A stretch of DNA of 24,785 nucleotides from Promethearchaeota archaeon (GTDB lineage Archaea; Asgardarchaeota; Lokiarchaeia; Sigyniarchaeales; SOKP01), in assembly GCA_019057795.1 (NCBI GenBank), contig JAHLWS010000045.1, positions 1 to 24,785 of the forward strand, read 5' to 3'. The notes under the pieces are model-generated. The model made no database searches. It was not told the DNA's origin and worked only from the letters and a program-made list of their open reading frames with translations. Both the position numbers and the translations under genes were made by a program. This document shows, piece after piece, positions 1-9,172 of the stretch; position 1 is the stretch's first letter, and every line of letters starts with the position of its first letter.

Positions 1-357
1 CACTAAAAGAATAATTATATTTAAATTAGCAACAAATTTTCCTAAGAATAATTTATATTTGTTAATTTTTGGAAACATGATATACCCCGTTTTCTTAAAA
101 AATTCTGAGCAAACAATATCAGAGAAAAAGAAGCACGAAACGAATATAAGGAAAAATCTAAAATAGGTAATACCATTTCGATAAAATTTTCCTATACGAT
201 GATAAGGATAAGGATAAAAGAACGAAAATAAAAGGGCAAATAATACAGTCGTAATATAAAAGAATAAAACCCTTTTCCATCGCAACCTAAATTCCAAAAA
301 ATAAGTTCTTAGGATTGGATTAAAAACTCCTTTATATTTTATTATTTTTTTATTCAT
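1..357 (-). CDS. ABC-2 type transporter permease (3'-partial, runs off the window start)
   Basis: Read by hand: ATG at 357, open for 119 codons to position 1 (MNKKIIKYKGVFNPILRTYFLEFRLRWKRVLFFY...FFSDIVCSEFFKKTGYIMFPKINKYKLFLGKF). Hydrophobic segments and an 'E...TG....P..K....GK' ABC-2 permease pattern; lies directly downstream of the ABC ATPase. Confidence 0.75.
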   Translation of the reverse strand, partial: MNKKIIKYKGVFNPILRTYFLEFRLRWKRVLFFYITTVLFALLFSFFYPYPYHRIGKFYRNGITYFRFFLIFVSCFFFSDIVCSEFFKKTGYIMFPKINKYKLFLGKFVANLNIIILLV

Positions 358-386
358 TTCTTATTTGATCTCGTTTTTACTTATTC

Positions 387-1403
387 TTATTTAATTTTTT
401 CTAAGTATAGTTTTTCTAAGAGAGATGTTTTTGATTGTGAAAACGATATTACAGTAAACTCTGACTCAAAATCTTTTCCTAAAATTTTAAAAATCTCTCC
501 TTTAGATTCAGGTCTCCCATCGTAGTAGATCGTAAGATTCTTGCTTGAGGGTTGATATTGCACAGGCGATTTAACAATTGTAAGATCAATATTTTTATCC
601 AAATACGGTGCTAATTTTTCATTAAGTTTTTTCTCGACCAGTTCAAATCTTTCTATTGGAATTGGCTCAAGAAGTTGGCACACAATTTCACTTGTTTTAA
701 GCATTTTCTCCATATTTTCGATTCGATCAAATTTAATAATTTCTCCGTTGTTGATAAACGCAATTTTATCGCAAACTTCTGATATCTCACGTAGCATATG
801 CGATGCTATAAAAATCGTTTTATTTTGTTCTTTGAAGGTTTTTAAATATTGTCTAATTTTTATTCTAGCTTTTGGATCTAATCCTGTTTGAGGTTCGTCT
901 AAGAAAATAATATCTGGGTCGTGAAAAATGGCTTGAATAAATCCCAGTTTTTGTTTCATACCCTTAGAAAAGGTTTTAATTCTTTTTTTTTTCCAATTAA
1001 TTAAATTAAAATGAGAAAGTAATTCATCGATTCGTTGATTTATTTTTTCTTTAGGATAGTTATGAAGTTTAGCGTAATGTTTTAATAAAACTTTAGGATT
1101 TGAATCGTAGAATACGGGAATATCGATTAAAAAACCCATTGAGATTAGGTCTTGCGAATTTACGCTTATATCTTGTAGATTATTCCTTTTATTTTTTATT
1201 AAGATATTACCAGTAGTGGGTCTTAATAGTTTTGCAATAAGTTTTATAGTTGTTGTTTTGCCTGCTCCATTTGGACCGACAAACCCAATGGTTTCTCCTT
1301 TGTGAACTTCAAGATTTAAATTTTTTACTACAAAAATTTTTCCAAACTTTTTGCTTAAATTATTTGTCTTTAGTATTATCTCATTCAAATTATTGTCACT
1401 CAT
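387..1403 (-). CDS. ABC transporter ATP-binding protein (ABC-2/DrrA-like)
   Basis: Walker A GPNGAGKTT, signature FSKGMKQK, Walker B/D-loop IIFLDEPQTGLDP, H-switch ASH. Start placed at MSDNN (1403) rather than the ORF-track start at 1484. Confidence 0.92.
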   Translation of the reverse strand: MSDNNLNEIILKTNNLSKKFGKIFVVKNLNLEVHKGETIGFVGPNGAGKTTTIKLIAKLLRPTTGNILIKNKRNNLQDISVNSQDLISMGFLIDIPVFYDSNPKVLLKHYAKLHNYPKEKINQRIDELLSHFNLINWKKKRIKTFSKGMKQKLGFIQAIFHDPDIIFLDEPQTGLDPKARIKIRQYLKTFKEQNKTIFIASHMLREISEVCDKIAFINNGEIIKFDRIENMEKMLKTSEIVCQLLEPIPIERFELVEKKLNEKLAPYLDKNIDLTIVKSPVQYQPSSKNLTIYYDGRPESKGEIFKILGKDFESEFTVISFSQSKTSLLEKLYLEKIK

Positions 1404-1571
1404 TAATTTGTTTCTTACCAAATAAATGCTTAGGTTTTTACGATAAGATCGTTTGAAAAATAACTTTTTCTTCAATTGAGGCATCGATGTATTAAAAGGG
1501 ATTAGCAGATAAAATTTATCTAATTAAAGCGATAACATCCAACTTCCTACTTCTCCACAATTACTATTAAG

Positions 1572-2363
1572 TCAACTAAGGATGACAAAAATTAGTAATG
1601 AAGTTATCGCAATACCAACCATTAAACCGATAAACGCATGTAAATTATATTGAAACCAATTTATCTTAAAGCCTTTATAATTCACTAAAATTTCATTAAA
1701 AACTTCATTCTTATTTTGAAGTTCAGTGTTATTGGCATAAAAATTGTCTTTTTTATCTTCTATTCTCGTAATCCTCGTGTAGTGTAAATAATTCAATAAT
1801 ATAAGTAAAGCAATTGGTATAAATCCGATAAACCAAAAACTCGTCCTAGATATAAAAGCCGATATGGCTAAAAAATAGAGACAGCATGTCGCAGGATTTG
1901 ACAAATTTCTACCTAAAGAGCTTGTTATAGTATTATAATCTTTCTCTTCAAGTTTTTCAATTTGAGACAGTTCATTATCCACAAAAACATTTCCTTTTGT
2001 ATAGATTATTTTATGATGTAAAATTCTATTATTTGTAAGAGTCACGTTATAACAGCCTTGAATATCAAGTTTGTAAATCGTACAATTTTCAATCGTAATA
2101 TTTTGGGTATTACGACATTTTAACTTGTAGATAATGGCATCTTTAATGATATAATGTAGAGTACTTCGATGTATCCATAAGTTCGGTTGTAACCCTTTTA
2201 ATTCATCAATAATAATCGATTCGAACTCCGAACCATCACCTTGCCATCCTTTTTCAGTCTTAAGGGAATTGATCTTTTTATCTGAAATTTCTATCTTATT
2301 AAATTTATTTCGCTTTAGATTCTTAATTATCTCATAATATTGATTCTTATTTAAAATTAATAA
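1572..2363 (-). CDS. Membrane protein with N-terminal beta-helix-like repeats; true start unresolved
   Basis: The ORF-track 157-aa frame stays open for 106 more codons upstream (to the TGA at 2364-2366). The extension includes GWQGDGSEFESIIIDEL and 'NITIENCTI..L.I.GC.NVTLTNNRI' repeat-like strands. C-terminal part has hydrophobic helices. Confidence 0.6.
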   Translation of the reverse strand, partial: LLILNKNQYYEIIKNLKRNKFNKIEISDKKINSLKTEKGWQGDGSEFESIIIDELKGLQPNLWIHRSTLHYIIKDAIIYKLKCRNTQNITIENCTIYKLDIQGCYNVTLTNNRILHHKIIYTKGNVFVDNELSQIEKLEEKDYNTITSSLGRNLSNPATCCLYFLAISAFISRTSFWFIGFIPIALLILLNYLHYTRITRIEDKKDNFYANNTELQNKNEVFNEILVNYKGFKINWFQYNLHAFIGLMVGIAITSLLIFVILS

Positions 2364-2436
2364 TCAACTTATAATTTATATCTCAATCAATTTAATAATA
2401 ATTATAATTAATTCAAGATAATAAATATAGATTTAC

Positions 2437-2616
2437 TTAGGAAGGTTTATCGGTAACTAACTGAAGTGATACATACCAAACTATAAAATTATCTAAACTA
2501 AAAAAAAATGGATGGATTTGCTGAGCCAGATAATATAATAATTCAGGCTCATCTCCGGATAATAACTCAATCACGGCACCTCCATCAAAAACAACTTTTC
2601 TAAAAGGAAATGTCAT
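2437..2616 (-). pseudogene. Truncated PIN-domain (VapC-like) toxin remnant
   Basis: ATG at 2616 overlaps the antitoxin 3' end. MTFPFRKVVFDGGAVIELLSG resembles PIN strand 1 with the first acidic residue. The frame stops after 59 aa, well short of a ~130-aa PIN domain. Confidence 0.55.
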
Positions 2617-2854
2617 CTTTTTTCCTCTCTAAGTACAATTCATCCAATACGGAATTGACATCGATATTTTCTACTTTTTCACAGGCATTTCTAAATTTCC
2701 TTCTATCTTTCTTATTTTTTTTCATATAATTGTTACTGATTAAAAATTTGATGATTGTATTATAATTTATCTTTTCATTTTTCTGAATTTGTAAATGAGC
2801 TGCTACTTTAAGCAATTCTTCTTTTGTCTCATCATCAATTGTTATTGTTGTCAC
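2600..2854 (-). CDS. Putative VapB-type antitoxin / small DNA-binding protein
   Basis: 84 aa, N-terminal MTTITIDDETKEELLK (RHH-like), acidic C-terminus VLDELYLERKKD, overlaps a PIN-like start. Confidence 0.6.
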   Translation of the reverse strand: MTTITIDDETKEELLKVAAHLQIQKNEKINYNTIIKFLISNNYMKKNKKDRRKFRNACEKVENIDVNSVLDELYLERKKDDISF

Positions 2855-3039
2855 TGATTATCACTCATAGTTTTAATAACTTTCATGAATTATATAGAAA
2901 ATATTAAATTTATAATTTTATATTTTAAGGTTTTTTATAATTCTAAGATTGTTGAATTTAAAATATATTATAATTCAATTTTGGGAAGCATTACTTGAGA
3001 ACCAATGAGTATTTAAATTTCCATGTCTAAATTATTAAT

Positions 3040-3555
3040 GTGAAAAGGAAATCAATCTTCTTAGTTATAGGGATATTTGTATTTTTGTGTTCTGTATTTA
3101 CTCAGAAAGTTTATGGAAATCCTGTTGTGGTGAGATCAGTTGATATATTGTTTGAGAATCCCTTTTTTACTGTCCCCCTGTTAATAATCATGTTTTTTAT
3201 AGGGGCACGGGTAGAGTACGCTTATTTTAATTCAAAATTTTTTAAAAAACATAGATTTGAGTCTGTCTCGAGAAGCCATTATGGATTATTTTTAAGAATT
3301 AATCTTGTTACCTTTCCTCTAACACAAATCCTTGCCTATTTTTTCTATATATATTTCTTGCTATTCTTTTGGTTTTACATATTTCTCATAGAGATTGGAG
3401 TTGTTTTAATTGAATCGTATCTTTTAAGAATGGAATTACAAAGATTAGGAGATGTAGAAATATCGTCAAAGTTTATACTTAGAAAGACCTTTTCTGCGAA
3501 TGTTATTTCTTTTCTCGTTGGTTTCTTAGCTTATTTGCCTGCAATCATTTTTTAA
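3040..3555 (+). CDS. Hypothetical integral membrane protein
   Basis: 171-aa ORF with a signal-like N-terminus and 4-5 hydrophobic segments. Confidence 0.7.
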   Translation: MKRKSIFLVIGIFVFLCSVFTQKVYGNPVVVRSVDILFENPFFTVPLLIIMFFIGARVEYAYFNSKFFKKHRFESVSRSHYGLFLRINLVTFPLTQILAYFFYIYFLLFFWFYIFLIEIGVVLIESYLLRMELQRLGDVEISSKFILRKTFSANVISFLVGFLAYLPAIIF

Positions 3556-3560
3556 ACAAA

Positions 3561-5084
3561 TTAACTAATTTTTTTCTTATTTTTCTTATTACTTCTTAAT
3601 ATCGATAATAATGCTATTGGAGAAATTATACATGCAATACCTACGACGCTGAAGAGAAAATAGTCGCGTATGTCCAAATCCCTTCTTCTGGGTTTGGGAG
3701 GAGTCCCCCCATTTAAAGGATTTTTAACTAATACTGTGTATCTATAACGGACTCTCCAAATATCATAATCTTCGCAATTACAAATAAAATAGATATTATT
3801 ATCTAAATCTATAACCAGAGATCTTGGTGTTACAAAAAAAATACCACCCCAAATAATTCTTGAAAGAAATTCACCTGTACTACTAATTTTAACTAAATTA
3901 ATGTTTCCTATCGCATTATTTTGGATGATGTAAACATTGTTGTGTGAATCCTTAGCTAGATAGGTCCGAAGATTAAAATGGGCAAAAATATTATCGGATA
4001 ATGAAAAGCTCCATTTTAGATCTAAATTTAAATCATAACATAAAATTGACATAGAATACTTATTAAATACCAATAAATCATATAAATCATTCAAATACCA
4101 AATTTCTCCATCAGAGGCTCTGAAATTTTCTATTAGAATCTCCTTGATTTGATTCCCAGTACTATTTAATTTAAGAATATATCCTGTGGAATAACTCTTG
4201 TCTCCCATGATAAATAAATTATTATCAGAATCTACCATTAATAGTTGAATTTTATTTTCTAAACCCATTTGCCATATTATAGCCCCTGAACTATTAATTT
4301 TAGCCAAGTTAAATATAGAATTGTTGCTAAAATAAAGATACATGTTATATCCGGAATCTTTTACGATATTAGGAGAATAACCATCGAGGTAAATTGAAGT
4401 GTTCCATAAGAATTGGTCAGCATTATTAAATTTCATTATAAATAATCTCCCAGGATAAGGATAAAAATAATGACCGAAAATTAGCAGGGAATTATTTTCA
4501 CCTAAAATTAAAGAAGCATGGCTAATGTATTGGTCTAGACTAAGTTCCTTTGAAAAAAGAAGCGCCCCTGAAGAATTTATTTTTATAAGTAATATCTTAG
4601 ATGAAGAATAATCTATATTTAAAATAAATAAATTATTATCATTGTCAAAGAGGTAAGAGATATAGCAATAATCGTCTAATTTAATAGAAAGTTCCCACTC
4701 TTTAATTCCTGATGTATTAAAATTCGATACATATAAGTATTTATTGGGGTTATCCTCTAAAAATATCTTTCCGATAATATATAGAGAACCATTAACTAAT
4801 TCACAATAAGGCTCAAAGAGACTTCCTCCATCTTTTACGATTTTTGACCAAGAATTGGAATTTGATAAACCTAACGGGTAATTTTGATCATACGCTTCAA
4901 AATTCTGAAGGAAATTTCCTATATTAGATATCATGCTGCTAATTATTAAGCATATAATAAGACTTTTCCAAGCGATTTTTTTCATTTTAGTCAATATTAC
5001 TAATTTTTTTATAACCATATAATACTTATTGTGTCTAAAATGAAAAGTTGAGATGTAATCAGAAAGAATTGAATTATGAATCAA
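3561..5084 (-). CDS. Membrane-anchored beta-propeller-like surface protein
   Basis: Repeated 'D..NN.(Y/F)I' and 'L.K.NSSG...W' blade motifs, an N-terminal hydrophobic segment and a C-terminal TM helix with a basic tail. The real start is probably one of the internal Met (MVIKK or MKKIAW). Confidence 0.7.
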   Translation of the reverse strand: MIHNSILSDYISTFHFRHNKYYMVIKKLVILTKMKKIAWKSLIICLIISSMISNIGNFLQNFEAYDQNYPLGLSNSNSWSKIVKDGGSLFEPYCELVNGSLYIIGKIFLEDNPNKYLYVSNFNTSGIKEWELSIKLDDYCYISYLFDNDNNLFILNIDYSSSKILLIKINSSGALLFSKELSLDQYISHASLILGENNSLLIFGHYFYPYPGRLFIMKFNNADQFLWNTSIYLDGYSPNIVKDSGYNMYLYFSNNSIFNLAKINSSGAIIWQMGLENKIQLLMVDSDNNLFIMGDKSYSTGYILKLNSTGNQIKEILIENFRASDGEIWYLNDLYDLLVFNKYSMSILCYDLNLDLKWSFSLSDNIFAHFNLRTYLAKDSHNNVYIIQNNAIGNINLVKISSTGEFLSRIIWGGIFFVTPRSLVIDLDNNIYFICNCEDYDIWRVRYRYTVLVKNPLNGGTPPKPRRRDLDIRDYFLFSVVGIACIISPIALLSILRSNKKNKKKIS

Positions 5085-5171
5085 AATTTCTTTTTAAATT
5101 ATACTAAATCCTATTTGGTAATACTTTATCAAAGTTAGGGAAGGTAATGTTTAAAAAAAGAATGTATTTAT

Positions 5172-6002
5172 TCAGGTAACATCGACATAGGATTCGATGC
5201 GGGCAAAAAGCTCATCGATATGACTATAATCATCTATCGTAATGGTAATAGCGTGATTAGGACATTTTCTTTCGCATCTTCCGCAACCCAAACATGTTTC
5301 TAAGTCAATCATCGCCTTACCGTCAACCATCTTCATTGAATCATAAATACATACTTTAAAACATTCCCCGCAACCCTCGCAGAGGTCTCTATTTACTTCA
5401 ACTGTTACTCCTTCCATCCTCTTTAAAATCTTTTTAATTACTGATGTAGAGTATTTCATTGTAAATAGGATACAGCAACAAGGGCAACAGTGGCATAAAC
5501 TCATGAAATGCCCGGTGTCAGGTAGGACGTCGTACCTCCAAGAATCTGCTTTAAGCCTACCTAAATGGGGCACTAATCCATTTTCGTAAGCCAAGCGCTC
5601 ACGCTCCAAGGCTTCCTCTACGGTACCTTGGCGCGCACTAGGATGTTTTTCAAGATCGATCCTCGCAGCATCTTTACCCAACCATGTACATCCTAACGAA
5701 ATGTCGTGATTTTCGCACTTGCTATGTTTTCGACAGGGACAATCCATTAATACAATATAACTTGCTTTTTTGATGAAATGTTCCGTTACAGCGAGAGGTA
5801 ATACTTGATTCTCGTATGTTCCTAAAGATACATTAATCGGAATTGGCGACCCAGTTGAAGTCTCAGGACCAAAAATTCGTTTAAAAAAATATTTTATCCC
5901 GGGAACTTTTGATAATCGAATTCCATTTTTATAACGTTTCATGAGTTTCGTGTGCGCTTCTATAGGCCGTAAATCTTTGGAAGTTTTAATTTTATTTCCC
6001 AT
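5172..6002 (-). CDS. 4Fe-4S dicluster (ferredoxin-like) domain protein
   Basis: CEGCGECFKVC and CLGCGRCERKCP motifs plus CPCR...C and CHCCPCCC clusters. Start taken at MGNKIK (6002). Confidence 0.85.
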   Translation of the reverse strand: MGNKIKTSKDLRPIEAHTKLMKRYKNGIRLSKVPGIKYFFKRIFGPETSTGSPIPINVSLGTYENQVLPLAVTEHFIKKASYIVLMDCPCRKHSKCENHDISLGCTWLGKDAARIDLEKHPSARQGTVEEALERERLAYENGLVPHLGRLKADSWRYDVLPDTGHFMSLCHCCPCCCILFTMKYSTSVIKKILKRMEGVTVEVNRDLCEGCGECFKVCIYDSMKMVDGKAMIDLETCLGCGRCERKCPNHAITITIDDYSHIDELFARIESYVDVT

Positions 6003-6286
6003 TATACCATCACTATATACTTTCAAGAATATTTCTAATTTTTAATTATATCCTTCATTTAATATTAAGTTTGATAATTAAAATTAAGAATTCAATGACA
6101 AGAGAATATTTATTTTAGGAAAAGAATTATGTTTATTTTTCTCCTCTCATTCACCGAATTATGCAAAACTTGAAAAATTTCAAAAAACTTTAATCTTAGA
6201 AGTGATTAAAGATAAAAATAATTAAAATCCAATACGAAAACATAATAATAGGAAGCTAGATAATTATATTACAAGAGGAAAATTTA

Positions 6287-6883
6287 GTGCAATCCGTGAA
6301 TAGAATAAGGGTAGTGTTCTTTTTGACAGGAACCTTAGCATTTCCATTAATCTTCGTGATACTTATTTTAATTCCAACTTATTATTTCATAGTATTTGCA
6401 ACATTTATTATAGGATTTTGGTTTCAAAATAACATTTACTTTATGAAGAACCTGTATAGCAAACAATATGGAATACAATATAGTTCTAATAAAGTAAAAA
6501 AGGTAGAATTCATTCTAACAGCAGTATTATCCCTCTTTATGATATTTGGGGGGGTGTTAGCAATATATTTATCTTCTCAAAATCCAAGTGCTTTTAATAA
6601 AAACACAGCAGATTTAATACTCTCGTCTTATTTAATCCTATATGGAATAGGCAATTTAACAATCGCAAAAATCAACGAGGATAATTCTACAATATACAGA
6701 GTATGGTTGGGGTTAGGAAGTATAACTTCTCTTCTTTTAGGAAGCATTACTCTTATTATGACTTTATTCTATAACGCAGAGGTACTATTTTTATTTATCG
6801 TAGCTTTAATTTTATCAGCAAGTTCTAATATGGTTTTCGCCATTAAAGGAAGAAAGCCTATAGTTGTTGGAAATGACGAATAA
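6287..6883 (+). CDS. Hypothetical membrane protein (about 6 TM)
   Basis: 198-aa hydrophobic ORF, GTG start preceded by AGAGGA. Confidence 0.7.
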   Translation: MQSVNRIRVVFFLTGTLAFPLIFVILILIPTYYFIVFATFIIGFWFQNNIYFMKNLYSKQYGIQYSSNKVKKVEFILTAVLSLFMIFGGVLAIYLSSQNPSAFNKNTADLILSSYLILYGIGNLTIAKINEDNSTIYRVWLGLGSITSLLLGSITLIMTLFYNAEVLFLFIVALILSASSNMVFAIKGRKPIVVGNDE

Positions 6884-6977
6884 AAAAAGATAAAGCAAAT
6901 ATCCCTGAATTTAATTCATATAGATCAAAATAAATTGATTCAAACTCCAATTTTATAGCTTCCATGTTTTAACCACA

Positions 6978-7289
6978 TCACTCAGAAATACGTTCTAATT
7001 TAAAGCATACAGGACGAATTCCATCTGGACAGGCTGTATATATCATATCTTCTCCAGTCCAATTGGGAAACCCACCGCCACATCGCAAAATTGATATATT
7101 TTTGTATAATCCATACCAAGCGTGGTGGCAGAATCCTTCCGGCATATTCCCTGATTCACCAACGGTGAATTCAAGACCTTCTTTCATACTGCATTTTGTT
7201 ATGGGGCTACCATCTTCCCTAATAAATACATGTCCAAGGATATCTTCAGGACCAAACTGTTTTACTACTGTAATTTTTACATTATTCAT
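6978..7289 (-). CDS. TIGR04076-family small Cys protein (copy 2)
   Basis: KITV..., MPEGFCHHAW...GG.F...ACPDGIRPVCFKLERI; paralogous to the adjacent gene. Confidence 0.8.
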   Translation of the reverse strand: MNNVKITVVKQFGPEDILGHVFIREDGSPITKCSMKEGLEFTVGESGNMPEGFCHHAWYGLYKNISILRCGGGFPNWTGEDMIYTACPDGIRPVCFKLERISE

Positions 7290-7311
7290 TTCGATTTCTC
7301 ACTTTTTCAAA

Positions 7312-7620
7312 CTAATTTATTCTTTCTAGTTTAAAACATACTGGTTTCCGACCATCCGAACAAGTGGTATGCTGAACGCCTTCTTCATGACGATTAAAGT
7401 TTCCTCCAAAATATAACACGGAAAGATCTTTGTAAATATCGCGCCATGCCCAACCACAGAATCCATCGGGCATCTTTTCGATGTGGTCAACAATAAATTC
7501 CTGACCTTCATCAAACGCACCGCAACGAGTGATTTTCGTTCCAGATGTCGAGTAGACCTCGTGTCCAAAAACATCAATTGGATTAAATTTTTTAATCACT
7601 GTAATTTTCACTTTTGACAT
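7312..7620 (-). CDS. TIGR04076-family small Cys protein (copy 1)
   Basis: KVKITV..., MPDGFCGWAW...GG.F...TCSDGRKPVCFKLERI; AGGTG upstream of the ATG. Confidence 0.8.
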   Translation of the reverse strand: MSKVKITVIKKFNPIDVFGHEVYSTSGTKITRCGAFDEGQEFIVDHIEKMPDGFCGWAWRDIYKDLSVLYFGGNFNRHEEGVQHTTCSDGRKPVCFKLERIN

Positions 7621-7680
7621 TTCTATTTAACACCTATAAATAAAAACAAACGATTTAATTTATAGATTTATTTAATGAAG

Positions 7681-7708
7681 TTCAGTCGAAGTTTGAACCA
7701 CGACTGAA
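7681..7708. repeat. Perfect 8-bp inverted repeat hairpin (TTCAGTCG / CGACTGAA, 12-nt loop)
   Basis: Directly visible in an otherwise very AT-rich intergenic region. Confidence 0.7.
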
Positions 7709-7835
7709 TGATAGTTTGTAAAAATTATTGTAAAAAGCATTTTTTCTGCTTACAAAAATCCGCTTCTATTTTAAGAGATTTTGGAATAGTCTATTAAATC
7801 TTCTAAAAAATCTTCGTATTCTTTTTTTTCTAATT

Positions 7836-8177
7836 CTAATTTTTAATTATATCATTTAATATTTTTTCAATTTCATTCAATTCTTCTGAATTAGGACTTA
7901 AAATACATGATTTCACGACATTTCCTTCTTGTATCGTTATTGCGCCTGACGATTTTACTCTATTTTTGATATGACTTGCCTTATTTGCTATGGCTTCTTT
8001 AATAATTAACGCTATTTTGTTGTATTGGTGTTGAGTAATTTTTTTTTTCACTTGATCTCCTCCGTCGTAAATTCCACTTGAACTAAATTTGGGTTTGACG
8101 GGATTATATTCAATGCTTTCTTGTTCAATAATGTATTGGTTGCCATTTCCATCGCCGTAATTAATCATGTTTTTCAA
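7836..8177 (-). CDS. Hypothetical protein
   Basis: 113-aa ORF with non-random-looking motifs YGDGNGNQY and EYNPVKP..SSSGIYDGG; start uncertain. Confidence 0.65.
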   Translation of the reverse strand: MKNMINYGDGNGNQYIIEQESIEYNPVKPKFSSSGIYDGGDQVKKKITQHQYNKIALIIKEAIANKASHIKNRVKSSGAITIQEGNVVKSCILSPNSEELNEIEKILNDIIKN

Positions 8178-8374
8178 CTCTTTTTTTTATCAATGTTTAC
8201 CTTCCAATTCTGAACTTTATCATTTCATTCAGGTAATGAATGAGTTTTTGCAATTTCAGACATAATTTCTCTCCTATTGATGCTTAATATCTTTTATCAA
8301 TTATTAAATATAAGTCGCATCAATACCGTTTTTAATTTAAGCAGAAATAAAAAAAAAATCAGAAAATCGGTGAA

Positions 8375-8741
8375 CTATTCAAGTTTCTCCCAGAATTCTT
8401 CATTTGGATGCTCAGGTTGTGGAATTTGTTTCAGATTATGGTAGCAAAAATCGCACATAGTTCCCCCTTGGAGAATCGTCTGAGATCGGGTCAAATGAAA
8501 ATCTTTATTCGCTTTTTTGGGAGAGAAAAAGTCACCAAAGCAAATAATATAGTACAGCATGTCAGGATCTTCAACATTCCGCAAAGCCTCACCATAGATA
8601 CAGCTTGTGACCTTAAAAATATATTGATCATCTTGAGACATGCCTGAAATAAAACTATGCGTCTTGACACCCGCCGAGTCGATCCTTTCCCGATAATCTT
8701 TCAATGATGAATAAGTCTGTTGTTTGGGATTTGGACGAGAA
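8375..8741 (-). pseudogene. N-terminally truncated L-2-amino-thiazoline-4-carboxylic acid hydrolase-like (ATC hydrolase family) gene
   Basis: C-terminal pattern 'VTSCIYGE...IC.GD...LTRSQTILQGGTMCDFCY'. The ORF-track ATG (8773) lies inside an unrelated thiolase scrap in another frame. Confidence 0.6.
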
Positions 8742-8840
8742 TGGATCGGTGATTCCCGCTTCTTTATAAGCATACTTCGCTGCTTTTATGGTCGATGGGA
8801 ATGCTGTGAAGTCTGCTCCAGGTCCACCGTGAGGCACATA
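8742..8840 (-). pseudogene. 99-bp internal fragment of a thiolase paralog
   Basis: YVPHGGPGADFTAFPSTIKAAKYAYKEAGITDP is 27/33 identical to YIPSNGPGADFTAFPATVKAAEYAYKEAGITDP encoded at 13776-13874. Confidence 0.9.
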
Positions 8841-8957
8841 TAGTAAAGAGGAGTTAGAATTAAACCTCGAAATTACCTTATAAAAAAAGAAAAACTTAAA
8901 TAATGATCCGACAAAATTGAAAAATAAAAACTAACTTTATTATATAAAATTTATTGT

Positions 8958-9053
8958 ATGGAAAAGAAAGAAACTCTCTGTGAAATAATTGGAATAATTT
9001 TAGGAGATGGTTATATTCGTTTTGCAACAACCATATTAGGTCTACGAGATTAG
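8958..9053 (+). pseudogene. LAGLIDADG homing-endonuclease-like N-terminal fragment
   Basis: Read by hand: MEKKETLCEIIGIILGDGYIRFATTILGLRD*. EIIGIILGDG matches the LAGLIDADG helix; only 31 aa. Confidence 0.55.
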
Positions 9054-9172
9054 AAAATTTTTCTATTATTTTTTTTATTCTATAATAATTCTCTCTATGA
9101 GTTATGTGAAATTATTAGTAACAAAAAGTTAGCTTATTATAGATATATCTTTCGAAAAGAATTAAAAAAAAA

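Noticed and set aside
2522-2551. Hairpin in the PIN remnant as a third BHB intron
   Set aside because: No 4-bp helix plus 3-nt bulge geometry, and removal does not restore a PIN-length frame.
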